Shown here: positions 1 to 9,990 of the stretch, piece by piece
Numbering within the stretch: position 1 is the stretch's first letter
How the letters are laid out: every line of letters begins with the position of its first letter
Assembly: GCF_016026235.1 (NCBI RefSeq)
Contig: NZ_CP065613.1
DNA length: 64,000 nucleotides
Reading direction: 5' to 3' (one strand)
DNA from: Escherichia coli
GTDB taxonomy: Bacteria > Pseudomonadota > Gammaproteobacteria > Enterobacterales > Enterobacteriaceae
Position numbers and translations under genes: made by a program
The notes under the pieces: generated by a model
What the model was told of the DNA's origin: nothing
What the model saw: only the letters and a program-made list of their open reading frames with translations
Databases searched by the model: none

Positions 1-38
1 GGCGGGACATTTTCTGTAACAACCACGACCATGCTCAT
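1..38 (-). CDS. cas2: Cas2 (type I-E), 5' fragment only; ATG at 38..36 overlaps the cas1 stop (TGATG); continues beyond the left window edge
   Basis: Minus-strand reading from 38 gives M-S-M-V-V-V-V-T-E-N-V-P, matching the Cas2 N-terminus as I recall it; position immediately downstream of cas1. Confidence 0.5.
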   Translation of the reverse strand, partial: MSMVVVVTENVP

Positions 39-958
39 CAGCCGCGTCCTCGATGACCGCTATCGCCCAGCGTTTCAGGTTCGGGGATGGCTGGCGGTAA
101 CATATCCGGCGCAGGTTGTGGCGGTTCAATTTCACCTGCGGCAAGGACTTCCTCAATTAACGGTATTAATTTGCCCGTTAACTTAGTGCTACGGAAAATA
201 TCACGACAGGCTAATCTGACTTCTTTATCAGGTTCTGCGGGTTGCCTCGCCGCTATTTCAAATGCCTTTGGTACAACCGAATCAAATTTAATGATATCGG
301 CTATGTCATAAACAAATGAAAGCGGTTTGCCACTATGAATAAATCCAATAGCGGGCGCATATCCCGCGGCTAATACTGCCGCTTCAGAAATACCGTACAG
401 ACATGATGTGGCAGCACTGATGCAGCGATTCACAACATCGCCTTTTTCCCAGTCTTTAGGATCGTATTTGCGACCATTCCATTTCACACCATATTGTTTC
501 GCCAGTAATGCATAGGTCTGGCGAACGCGGGATCCCTCAATTCCCCGTAGCTGATCCACTGAACGGCGAGCTGGCGGTGGCTCACGAAAACGTAATTCAT
601 ACATTTTGCGCACCACCTTCAGGCGTAGATCTTCCGTTAAAGCCAGCTTTGCCTGGTAGAGTAATTTATCTGCCCGCGCCCCTCCGGGTTGTCCGGAAGA
701 GTAAACGCGAACGCCCGCTTCACCGACCCAGACCAGCAGTGTTCCCACCGTGGCGGCCAGATGCACCGCCGCGTGGGAAACTCTCGTTCCCGGTTCGAGC
801 ATAATGCAGGCGACCGATCCCACCGGAATGTGCGTGCGGATCCCGGTTTTGTCGATCAGCACGAAAGCGCCGTCCAGTACGTCGATTTGACCGTACTGGA
901 GGAAGATCATAGAGGTGCGATCTTTTAACGGGATCGGACTCAGTGGTACAAACGTCAC
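38..958 (-). CDS. cas1: Cas1 integrase (type I-E), 306 aa, apparently intact
   Basis: ORF-track protein MTFVPLSPIPLKDRTSMIFLQYGQIDVLDGAFVLIDKTGIRTHIPVGSVACIMLEPG... is close to E. coli YgbT/Cas1 (recalled); start overlaps casE stop. Confidence 0.95.
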   Translation of the reverse strand: MTFVPLSPIPLKDRTSMIFLQYGQIDVLDGAFVLIDKTGIRTHIPVGSVACIMLEPGTRVSHAAVHLAATVGTLLVWVGEAGVRVYSSGQPGGARADKLLYQAKLALTEDLRLKVVRKMYELRFREPPPARRSVDQLRGIEGSRVRQTYALLAKQYGVKWNGRKYDPKDWEKGDVVNRCISAATSCLYGISEAAVLAAGYAPAIGFIHSGKPLSFVYDIADIIKFDSVVPKAFEIAARQPAEPDKEVRLACRDIFRSTKLTGKLIPLIEEVLAAGEIEPPQPAPDMLPPAIPEPETLGDSGHRGRG

Positions 959-1605
959 ACCTCTGCTCCGGGTTTGATCAGCATCAGACCACAGCCGAAC
1001 GCGCGGCTTTTGCCATACCCCTGACTGAGACGTTGCAGAAATAACCCGGGATCGGTGACCGTAAGCATCCCCGTATAATCCACGCTACTGAACTGGATCA
1101 GTTGCCAGGAGTTTTCCCGCCGCAGTTGCTGTTGTCGGTAGGCATCAACCGAGGTATCCAGCAGTGTAAAACCGCTTCTCTCCCCCTGCGCTGCCAGCCA
1201 GTCCAGCGCCGCCTGTTGTTGATGCAACCAGACATCACTTCCTTCTGCCTGCCCCCTCATCTGCCGTTTCGCCTCCATCAGCAGATCGTGGCGCTTGCCC
1301 GCTTTACAGATTGTTGGATTCGCCCGCAGGTTGAAACAAAGTTGTTGTCCGGTACGCAGCTCGGGCACAAATGACCGGCATTCGATGGTGAACGTTTCAC
1401 TTTCCGCCGGGCGTTCCTGCGACAGTACAAAAAAGCGAAACGCGCCCTGGAGTTCTTCCCGACGATAAAGAAATTGCCTTTCTTTGCCGCCAGGGAAGAG
1501 ATCCCACAGCCACTGATGCATCACATATTCCCCGCGATCCACCAGATGCAGCAACTGCGCAGGCGAAAGCTGGCCGGTATGTAAGGTTATTCTTGAGAGG
1601 TACAT
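955..1605 (-). CDS. casE: CasE / Cas6e pre-crRNA endoribonuclease, 216 aa, starting MYLSRITL (internal start of the 262-aa track ORF)
   Basis: MYLS start as in K-12 CasE and C-terminal GCGLMLI motif resembling CasE GCGLLSL; AGGAGG-like RBS (rc of ggttcctcc) about 7 nt upstream of ATG at 1605; operon position. Confidence 0.8.
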   Translation of the reverse strand: MYLSRITLHTGQLSPAQLLHLVDRGEYVMHQWLWDLFPGGKERQFLYRREELQGAFRFFVLSQERPAESETFTIECRSFVPELRTGQQLCFNLRANPTICKAGKRHDLLMEAKRQMRGQAEGSDVWLHQQQAALDWLAAQGERSGFTLLDTSVDAYRQQQLRRENSWQLIQFSSVDYTGMLTVTDPGLFLQRLSQGYGKSRAFGCGLMLIKPGAEV

Positions 1606-2333
1606 GGTTCCTCCTTGCTGAGCCACGGCCCCTGATTGACGGTGCGTTCCCCAAACAGCCATTGCTGACGATTTAAAGGAACATCCCGGCGGCGCAATAT
1701 TTTGCTCGCGACCAGGCCGTCGTGCTCCCCTTCCCACCAGCATTCATCCTGAAGTTTCGGGAGTGCGATTTTCAGGTCGTGGAAATGCTCCTGATACTGG
1801 TGATATGCGTTACGTAAAACATCAGACGCGTTGCCTTCGAGCAGTAACGGCGCAAGTGGTAATGCCAGCGGATGACTTTTTCGCCCCAGATAAAGAGGAA
1901 AAACTGGATGGCGTAAACCGCCCTGCAACTGTTCGAGGCTGTAAGGCGCATCGGCTGTTGTTGCCACCGCCACCATCCACCAGGCGTCGGTGTAGTAGTC
2001 GCGCCGGGAGATAATCGCGCTCAGAAGATCAGGGTCGCTCAACTCTTCGCGACGGCTGAAATAACGCGCTTTACGCACCTCTTTTGGCATCTGGATCGTG
2101 TGATAATCCCGTGCCCAGCGCGGGTTACGGCTGGCGCAAACCACCAGTGAATAGTGGCGATTAAACGCGTTTAAGCGTTCGGTATCATCACGCCGAATCC
2201 CTACCCCGGCAGCCAGCAGACCCAGCAATGCTGAGCGCAAAGGCAGTTCATGGGTATGACGCACTTCGCCGGGGGCATCGACGCCCCAGGATGCCATTGG
2301 CCCATGAAGCTGAAAAATCAGATATTGGCTCAT
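1587..2333 (-). CDS. casD: CasD / Cas5e, 248 aa
   Basis: N-terminus MSQYLIFQLHGPMASWG matches the Cas5e motif (K-12 MRSYLILRLAGPMQAWG); overlaps casE by 19 nt. Confidence 0.8.
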   Translation of the reverse strand: MSQYLIFQLHGPMASWGVDAPGEVRHTHELPLRSALLGLLAAGVGIRRDDTERLNAFNRHYSLVVCASRNPRWARDYHTIQMPKEVRKARYFSRREELSDPDLLSAIISRRDYYTDAWWMVAVATTADAPYSLEQLQGGLRHPVFPLYLGRKSHPLALPLAPLLLEGNASDVLRNAYHQYQEHFHDLKIALPKLQDECWWEGEHDGLVASKILRRRDVPLNRQQWLFGERTVNQGPWLSKEEPCTSQE

Positions 2334-2343
2334 AAGCCGCCCC

Positions 2344-3399
2344 TTACGCGCAGATAAAGTCCAGCACGTCCTTCATGCTTCCCTGTTTGTTCATCACGTC
2401 AAAACTTGCGCATTCGGTCTTCTGTTCGTAGACCGTATTCATATTTTCGCGAAGCGTTGTAATACGCTGCACCGCCACGTCTAACTGCCGGGTGCCATTA
2501 ATGGGTTCATAGAAGGCCGCAGCCAGAGAACGCGGTTGATCGGTGCCTTTTTCCGCCAGCGCCCAGGAAGCATAGGCACGGCTGGCAAAGCTATTTTGTT
2601 TACCGGTTGGGGAAACTTTAAGCGCGGCTTCCGTAAAAGCGCGTATGGTCTGATTAGCTAACGCTTCGTCACCGCCGAGGTTTTCTACCAGCAGATCTTT
2701 ATCAATGCAGATATAGGTGTAGAAAAGTGCTGAACCGAATCCGGTTTCTCCGAGATGCCCGGCACCGGCATCTTCAGAGGCCTAGCGCAAATCATCAACG
2801 GCGGTGAAAAAATCATCTTCGACAATCGTTTCACTGACACCAAACGCATGCGCGACCTGGCAGGCGGCTTCAACATTAAACTCAGGTTTATTCGCCAGCA
2901 TACGACCAAACATAGCGATATCTACCGCTATACGGTCTTTACGTAACAACGCGAGATCTTCCTCTTTTGGCGCGCGCTTTTCTTCTGCCAGTTGATGGGC
3001 CAGCGCTTTTACGGCGTCAAATTCTGCCGGGCTGATATGAACTAATTGTTCAGTTTCGGCGTTAGTGAGCGGATCTTTTGGTTTTTTGTCGTTTTTAGCT
3101 TTCCCAAGATAATCCGCAATTTTTGCCGCCCATTCGATGGCTTTTTTCTCTTCGATGCCTTTCTCAATCAGGATAGTTGCCGCCTCACGCGCAATTCGCC
3201 CACTGCGAATACCAATATGGCCCGCCAGTGCCTGTTCAAAAAGTGCAGAAGTGCGCCACGCACGTTTCAGACTTTGTGAGGAAACGCGCAGACGCGTTGC
3301 ACCACCCAGTACCACAGTTTTTGGCGCACCAGTATCATCACGGTTAAGGTTGGCAGCAGGGTAAGCGGTTAACAAATGAAGCTGAATAAATGTTGTCAT
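2344..3399 (-). pseudogene. casC: CasC / Cas7e with an in-frame TAG at 2784..2782 (codon 206 of 351)
   Basis: Track ORF 2782..3399 ends ...FTAVDDLR then TAG; same frame continues ASEDAGAGHLGETGFGSALFYTYICIDKDLLVENLGG... to TAA at 2346..2344; both halves align to one Cas7e (K-12 ...FTAVDDLQEQGSAHLG...NLAQLQENLGG). Confidence 0.85.
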
Positions 3400-3413
3400 G
3401 AGATAGTCCTTTA

Positions 3414-3950
3414 TTAATTTTGTTCGTTATCGGCGTCGCCAGCCTGGTAATATTCCAGTGCCCAGCGGATACGGATAAATTCGGTTGGCCGCTGCTGGCG
3501 GCGGTGATGATTGAGCAGGTCGTCGCTCTCCTGGCACCAGCGGAAAATATCTTCTGCCAAAGAGATAAGATTGACGGAACCGTTTAATAATTTGACCGCG
3601 CGACGTAACTGACGCAGTAAATCATCCGGCGTTTTTACTGCCGACAGGCGAGTAAAACGCCCCTCCGACATTACCGCCGCCAGCTGCGCGGCAAAAGGCT
3701 GCCGTTCATCAATGGCTTTTACATTGGCGCTAACTGCGGCGACCAGCGCCAGTGCGGTAAAACGCCACTCTTGTGCTTCAATTTTCCACAAAGTGTGGGT
3801 CTGCATCAGCAGAGAACGAAACCCTTCTGACAAGCAAACATCATTAACCGTTGTGCTACGCCGCAGACTGGCACGATTGCCGCGTTTAGCCTGCAACTCT
3901 TCGTGCCATTTACGCAGCGTGGCTTTGTGCTCCTCTTTTACAATACTCAT
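3414..3950 (-). CDS. casB: CasB / Cse2 small Cascade subunit, 178 aa
   Basis: Size and position between casA and casC in a I-E operon; sequence diverged from K-12 CasB so the call rests mainly on synteny. Confidence 0.7.
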   Translation of the reverse strand: MSIVKEEHKATLRKWHEELQAKRGNRASLRRSTTVNDVCLSEGFRSLLMQTHTLWKIEAQEWRFTALALVAAVSANVKAIDERQPFAAQLAAVMSEGRFTRLSAVKTPDDLLRQLRRAVKLLNGSVNLISLAEDIFRWCQESDDLLNHHRRQQRPTEFIRIRWALEYYQAGDADNEQN

Positions 3951-5509
3951 TCAGCAGCCTCCTGCTTTTTCTCCCTGGCGGCGTTAGCATTTTGCTTCTC
4001 CGCTGATGTTGTAAAATATTTCTTGCGTGCGGTCATGACGCGTTCCAAATCAACGGGCTCATATGGATTGGTAAAGACACGATCGTCAAAATCCTGACGC
4101 GCGAATAACCACATTTCCTTTTGCCATTTACTGAGTAATTCGTCCGGATCCTGACCTTCTTCAATTTTGCGCACTAATCTCAGGAATCGATGCTGAGTTT
4201 TGTTCCAGAAGTCGATATCCACAAAACTAAAATCACCCCTTGCACCTTTTGGATCGGAGAACCATGCTTCTTTCAATGCACTCCGTAACAGACTTAGAAT
4301 CCGTGAAGCTGTTTGCGCAGCCAGCCGCAGCTTCGGTATCTGACCTTCTTTTTTATCGAGCAGCAGCGGGAAATGGTGTTCGTACCAACAGCGCGCTTTC
4401 ATGTTGTCGAAATCATAGCCAAATCCCCACAGGCCCACTTTTGCCTGCTTGAGACTGCTGGCATTGAAGAGTTTCACCACCAGCGCGGGAAGTTCCGTAT
4501 TGTTTTCTGATTTACCCGTTTCGATAAGGCCTAACCAGTCACGCCAGATTAAACCGCCCGGTTGTGGTTTAACGGAGTAAAACTCGCCACCCTCTTTAAG
4601 TGGTACACGGTAAGGCGTTAAGGGATGCTGCCACATGGCATAATTCGCACCGTAATTTTTGGTCGTCATCAGGCTCAGGAGCGCGTCGCTCTGCTCACCG
4701 CAAATATCGCAGTTGCCGACTGTCGTGGTATTAAAATCAATACGAATACGGCGAGGCATTCCCCAGTACGCCTGGAGTTTATTGACCTGCTCATCGGTTA
4801 CCACCGCACCGGCCAGTTCGCTGGTGCGCGTCGGGCCAAGCCAGGGGAAAACCAGATCGTCAAATTTTTTGGGTAGCGGTAAATCGGCTTCATCCTGCGG
4901 CATGACATTGATCCACAGTTTGCGCCACAAGGGAGTTTGTTGATTACCCTGATATTCCTGTAATTCAATCAGAGTGGTCATCGGCCCACCGCCGCGTAAA
5001 CCGGTGCGGTAGCCTTTGCCACCTGACGGCGCATTCAACTGTAGGGAGAACAGAGCTAACGCAGAACAATGTGGGCACAGGTATTCCGTTACACCACGCT
5101 TGATAAAGTGGTCTTTATTAAACTTCGTTGTTTGAGCGCCGGGAATCTCAGGCAGTAGCGAAGCGACCGGAACTTTATCTCCGGTGAGCGCCTCGAAATC
5201 CTGCATAAATGAAGGGGAATCTGGCCCAAACTGGAAAGCATGTTCTAATGACAGCAATGCTTCCCGTAGCTTTTCAGCTTCCAGTCCGTCTTCCCAGATA
5301 TCATCCCAACGACGATGATCTTTTGGCGCGAAGCTGGTTTGTAGTAGCCCCAGCAAAAACTGCCATACCGCACCCTGGAGATCTGCCCGCGGCGCAGAAA
5401 TATCGACAACATTTTCATCCGCCAGATCGACTGGCGCCAGTTTGCCTGTCGTTCCGTCTTTAAAACGAACGGGCAACCACGGGGTTGTCAGAAGTGAAAA
5501 CGAGTTCAT
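3947..5509 (-). CDS. casA: CasA / Cse1 (Cas8e) large Cascade subunit, about 520 aa; start taken at MNSFSLL (ATG 5509..5507) rather than the track start at 5578
   Basis: N-terminus MNSFSLLTTPWLPVR parallels K-12 CasA MNLLIDNWIPVR; GAGAGG RBS-like motif 6 nt upstream; alternative start MRMNSF at 5515. Confidence 0.8.
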   Translation of the reverse strand: MNSFSLLTTPWLPVRFKDGTTGKLAPVDLADENVVDISAPRADLQGAVWQFLLGLLQTSFAPKDHRRWDDIWEDGLEAEKLREALLSLEHAFQFGPDSPSFMQDFEALTGDKVPVASLLPEIPGAQTTKFNKDHFIKRGVTEYLCPHCSALALFSLQLNAPSGGKGYRTGLRGGGPMTTLIELQEYQGNQQTPLWRKLWINVMPQDEADLPLPKKFDDLVFPWLGPTRTSELAGAVVTDEQVNKLQAYWGMPRRIRIDFNTTTVGNCDICGEQSDALLSLMTTKNYGANYAMWQHPLTPYRVPLKEGGEFYSVKPQPGGLIWRDWLGLIETGKSENNTELPALVVKLFNASSLKQAKVGLWGFGYDFDNMKARCWYEHHFPLLLDKKEGQIPKLRLAAQTASRILSLLRSALKEAWFSDPKGARGDFSFVDIDFWNKTQHRFLRLVRKIEEGQDPDELLSKWQKEMWLFARQDFDDRVFTNPYEPVDLERVMTARKKYFTTSAEKQNANAAREKKQEAAE

Positions 5510-5606
5510 ACGCATCCTCTCGTAAAAAAGACCATCCCAGGTCGGTTGTCCATCTTTCCATCCTTTTCGGTGTATCAACTATTCAGAGAGTCCTGTCGCA
5601 GACATC

Positions 5607-8295
5607 TCAACCAACCTTGCCAATCAATCCTTCCGTAGCCGAATACCCGCAACTTTCGTCATCGTTGACTAAAATCACGTTTGCCATCTCCGGATCTTGT
5701 CGCTGTTCAATGCACCACAGCCTGAACGCCTCTCCCTCCAGTAAAGAAAACTCATCCCGATGTTTTTTCCACCAGCTTCGGCGCACTCTGACAACGCTCA
5801 TTTCCCATGCGTGAGCACCGGTGGCATAAGGCTTCACCACACCGTCAATACAGGTAGCCAGCCACAGGGAAACAGACTCCTCAGCCAGACGTGTCGACAG
5901 TTTTTCTGGGAGGTAATCGTTGATATTGGCGGCATAGCCGGGCCTGAAGTTCAGCACAAACTTTTTAGCCATTGCGCGATCACAGTAATATTTGCCCACT
6001 TGCTCCTGCTCGCTGCGGGAAAATCCTTCCGGCATTACCACGTCCTCACCGTAGACGGATTCAATAAGAAGCCGGGCTGCGTGTGGCATCTGAATAGCGC
6101 CTTGCCCACGCAGCACACGCTGCGTCAGCCAGATTCGCCCATGATCGGGGTAGACAAATGCACTGTTACGCATCGCACTGCCAAACCATTCATCACCCGG
6201 AGAGTCGTCCCAGACGGGTGCCAGAATCAGCAATTCAGGAGGGGAACGCTCGTCTTTTCCGTCACGCTTTAACTGACCATTAATATCGCGAATATGCCGC
6301 TGTAATCGCCCCGCTCGCTGGATTAGCAAATCAATGGGGGCCAGGTCGGAGATCATTTCGTCCATATCGCAATCAACGCTCTGCTCCAATACCTGAGTGC
6401 TAATAAGGACTTTTCCGGCACGCTGTGAGCTACCTTCTTTACCAAAGCGTGCCAGCGTTTCCGTTTCAATTCGCTGGCGATCGCTAAAAGCAAAGCGGCT
6501 ATGAAAAAGTGAAAGGCTGGAAGCAGGAATGACGCCGCGGGCAAGCAGCTGACGATAAACCTTAATAGCGTCATCGACAGAATTCCGGATCCAGGCGATG
6601 CATTTCCCCTGACTCACCGCCGATTCGATACGCGCAATACACTCTTGTTCGCTATGAAGCCAACCCACGCTCACGCTACGCTCAACGTCTTTGCGCGTCG
6701 CTACCCGGTGTGAATTCACATTGGATTTCGTAACGTGCGTCAGCCAGGGGTAATCATCCTTTTCAAGGAACGGAGCTTCTTGCTGGCCCTCTGTACCCCG
6801 CGCAAAGGCGGCGACGAGTTTGTCGCGCTGCTGTTGGGATAACGTAGCAGAAAGCAAAATGACGCTGTTTCCACCACGCGCCTGCCGCTCGATCAGCCCT
6901 TCAAGAATGCATGACATGTAAGCGTCACAGGCGTGGATCTCATCAGCCAGCAGGATTTTGTTACTCAGCCCCAGAAGCCGCAGATTATTATGTTTGAACG
7001 GCATCACCGCCATCATCGCCTGATCCAGCGTGCCGACGCCAATTTCAGCCAGTAAAGCCTTCTTGTTACTGTCGGCAAACCAGGCTGCACATCCTTGACT
7101 GAACGCTTGTTCATCCGGTTCTTCTGACCCGACTAAATCACCGGACCAGAGTGATTCATTAAAGCGGTCCATTAATGTACGGGCGCTGTGTGCCAGCACC
7201 AGGCTGGGGCGGGATTCTGGCGAATAGAAAGAAAGCCAGGTTTTGACCAGCCGATCGTACATGGCATCGGCCGTTGCCATTGTTGGCAGGCCAAAGCGCT
7301 TTACCCGCAGCCATCAACCTGTGCGCCAGGATAAGCGCCGCTTCTGTTTTACCTGCGCCAGTCACATCTTCCAGAATAAATAACTGTGGCCCTGGCTGGC
7401 TGATATCCAGATCCAGTACCTTTTGCTGTAATGGTGTCGAGTGCTCAATAAAAGGAAACAGCGTATTAATTCCGGTGAAAGGTGCGGTTTCTGCTTTTGG
7501 AGGAAAGACGGTTAAGGCGTTTTGTGCCTGAACTAAAGTTTTCTGCCAGTAATCTTTAATATTCATTGTCTGTGCGACGCGTGGAAAAAATCGCGTTGAC
7601 GAACCCGTCCAGTCTGCGAGTACGACTGTTGCAGAGATATACCAGGAAAGTTGTTTTAAAAGTTCAACGCCCTCGTCATCATCCCAGAATGTGGGAATCT
7701 CTATGAGCGGAAACAGTGCCTTGATTGCAAGGAGAAAATCTCGCGCGGCAGCTTTGTCTTCAGGCAGAAAATTATCCAGCTCATCAATACGGTCAGGTGG
7801 TCGACCATGATGCCCGGTAGTTATGGACATCCACATCTCTATTACACGTGTAAGTTTACGAGAAGAGAGTGAAGATGAAGGAAGCAACTCCTCACATTCA
7901 CTTAAATAATAATTCCACAGCCAGTAACCCAGCGTTGAATGAGAGATCTTTTCGTAATTCTTTCTGGAACCTTCCGGAATCTTGAGTTCAGGGGCCAGGT
8001 AAAGTTGCTGAAAAGAGCGGGCAAATTTTCCAATATCGTGCCAGCACAGCAACCAGGCGAAAAATTGAGCCGCCTGTTCCTTGTCAGAAATCCCTAATTG
8101 ACGAAAATAATCAGCCAGCCCGAAGCAATTTCTTTTAACCATTAAATAGCCCATCGCGGCTACATCCAGCGAATGCCAGCAAAGAAGGTGATAGTCGTCG
8201 CCCCCGTCTTTCTCGCCGCGTCGGGTTTTTCCCCAGAAATCAAAAAAAGTCACAATATTTTTATCCTTCAGTAAACTTAAAGGATATTTACGCAT
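5607..8295 (-). pseudogene. cas3: Cas3 HD-nuclease/helicase split by a frameshift into two overlapping ORFs (7159..8295 and 5607..7280)
   Basis: N-terminal ORF has HD motif (WHDIGKF) and Walker A (VTGAGKTEAAL); C-terminal ORF has DExH (LLADEIHACD); frames switch between about 7280 and 7316 (LMAAGKA... in one frame, ...FGLPTMATADAM in the other). Confidence 0.85.
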
Positions 8296-8476
8296 ATATT
8301 AAAAATTATCTGTGATATATATCAGCCAATAAAACATTTATATTGTGAATAAATTTATGATTTTCATTTGAAATTCATAATAATAAATAGAGACAATATA
8401 TTCACATAAAAAATATAAATTTAAAAAAGGGTGCAGGAGACCAAACCATCACAATTCAATACGCGGGGTTTTACCC
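8296..8476 (-). promoter_or_regulatory. Very AT-rich region upstream of cas3; probable promoter / nucleoid-protein-bound region
   Basis: About 180 bp of strongly AT-biased sequence directly upstream of the cas3 start; promoter function inferred from position only. Confidence 0.3.
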
Positions 8477-9770
8477 CTGAGGGATCCCCAGAAAATTTAG
8501 TAAACCATTATCATATTGGTATACCGTTGCTGTAGAACTTTCAGCCCTGCGTCAAGTGACAGTGTGTTTAGTATGAGTGGAGAATGTCGAATCACATTCT
8601 CCGCCAGTTTTAATAACGAGATGACTCGCCTGTGCTTCACTGTATTTGCCTGATATTTATGATGTATCCCTTTGTTTTCCAGGCTGAAACCGCTTAACCA
8701 CATAATGATACTGGCTAATGTTGCGATCAGACTCAATACCGTGACCCGCCCGGATGAATGACTGGCACCAAACCGTAGTCCAAATCCCCAGCGAGGATTT
8801 TTTTCATCCCTGAAATTTTGCTCAATTTGCATTCTACGGCTGTATAATTTCATTACCTGTTTTGGCGAGAACTCAGTACTGTTTGTGAAAATAAACCATG
8901 GTGATTTCCCGGCAGTACGAGCTTTAGCCGTCACCGATGGTCTGGTTGCTCTTTCCTTCGAGCGTTTAAATCTACGACCTTTAGGCTTACTTTTATAAAG
9001 ATAAAAATGCCCTTCATGTTGTGCATTTTTATCTCGACCCAGCAGGCCTTCACCTAAATAAATTGCTGTCGTTGATGCTTTTGTGCCTGAGTCCGACACC
9101 TTTTCCCAGCCATTACCAACATTGTAATAATGATTGCCCAGTACCCGGCAAATATAGGTCCAGCCACGGGAGCGGAGCTGTTGGAACCATCGCCCCTGAA
9201 AACCGGCATCTGTAATAACAATGACATCAGTCCCGGGGGAAAAGCACTCAGCAAGCGATTCCAGAAAACGCTCATGTACATCTGCATTCGCTGTCTGTGA
9301 TGATGGAACGACACAACTCATCAACGGTAAAGAACGCCCGTCACATGCCAGGCTTGCCCGCAAAAGCTGAAAACGAGAGGCATGATAAGCACTCCAGTCA
9401 ATGAGTATCACAACACGAGACATTCCCCGCGTAATCTTTTGGGTAATTCGCTGAAAAATGGTGGAAACCTCATTTTGCAAATGTCGATTCCCCAACAGTC
9501 GATCCACCCGCTTTATTTTGTTTTTAACTGATGCCGTACCGGTTAAATGACGCCCGATACTGGTAAGTGTGAGGGAAGCGCCATTTATTACAGCATTAGT
9601 TGCGTCAATCAGTGATTTTTGACGGTAAAGATGCAAAGGGGCCAGTATGTTGTTAAGGAAATTTTGGCATAATGAACGTGCAGGCATAGTGGTGATCTCC
9701 TTGAAATTGTTAGCACAATCAATTAGATCACATCTCACTATGCCTGTCTTGTTTTCTGGGGATTCCTCAG
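8477..9770 (-). mobile_element. IS4-family, IS10-like insertion sequence (about 1.29 kb); boundaries approximate
   Basis: Imperfect terminal inverted repeats CTGAGGGATCCCC (8477..) and GGGGATTCCTCAG (..9770) resemble IS10 ends; encloses an IS10-like transposase; the 9-bp flanks do not match (no target-site duplication). Confidence 0.75.
8497..9687 (-). CDS. IS10-like DDE transposase, 396 aa (start at MPARSL, inside the IS)
   Basis: Segments ...KIKRVDRLLGNRHL... and ...YSRRMQIEQNFRDEKNP...KYQANTV... closely parallel the IS10 transposase (KRIDRLLGNRHL, YSKRMQIEETFRDLKSP, HFQANTV). Confidence 0.85.
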   Translation of the reverse strand: MPARSLCQNFLNNILAPLHLYRQKSLIDATNAVINGASLTLTSIGRHLTGTASVKNKIKRVDRLLGNRHLQNEVSTIFQRITQKITRGMSRVVILIDWSAYHASRFQLLRASLACDGRSLPLMSCVVPSSQTANADVHERFLESLAECFSPGTDVIVITDAGFQGRWFQQLRSRGWTYICRVLGNHYYNVGNGWEKVSDSGTKASTTAIYLGEGLLGRDKNAQHEGHFYLYKSKPKGRRFKRSKERATRPSVTAKARTAGKSPWFIFTNSTEFSPKQVMKLYSRRMQIEQNFRDEKNPRWGFGLRFGASHSSGRVTVLSLIATLASIIMWLSGFSLENKGIHHKYQANTVKHRRVISLLKLAENVIRHSPLILNTLSLDAGLKVLQQRYTNMIMVY

Positions 9771-9990
9771 GGGCGATCCTCCAGTTCAAATATAAGGTCA
9801 GAACCTGCATGGTTTATATCAGACATCCCTTCACTCCTTTTAAAGTAAATTTGATCATCTGAATTAGTAAAATAAATTCCCACGAATTTGGGGCGCAGGA
9901 CGCCTTGAGAACGGCTTATCTCATTTTCGCAGTCACTATTTAGTCATCGTTCAAACAGAGAAACAGGCCGCCGAAGCGGCCATTTATTAT

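Noticed and set aside
2782-2784. Possibility that the casC in-frame stop is a recoded codon (selenocysteine, given the neighbouring selenium-associated cluster)
   Set aside because: The codon is TAG, not TGA, and this lineage has no pyrrolysine system; a nonsense mutation or sequencing error is the simpler explanation.
5510-5578. N-terminal extension of casA (MIHRKGWKDGQPTWDGLFYERMR)
   Set aside because: A Cse1-like N-terminus starts at MNSFSLL with an RBS-like GAGAGG just upstream; the extension overlaps the cas3 3' region and is probably not translated.
8296-9990. Possibility that the IS10-like element carries cargo or marks a novel defence island next to the cas locus
   Set aside because: The element contains only a transposase, and flanking sequence on both sides is ordinary cas3 upstream and xdhD downstream DNA; no additional ORFs are present.
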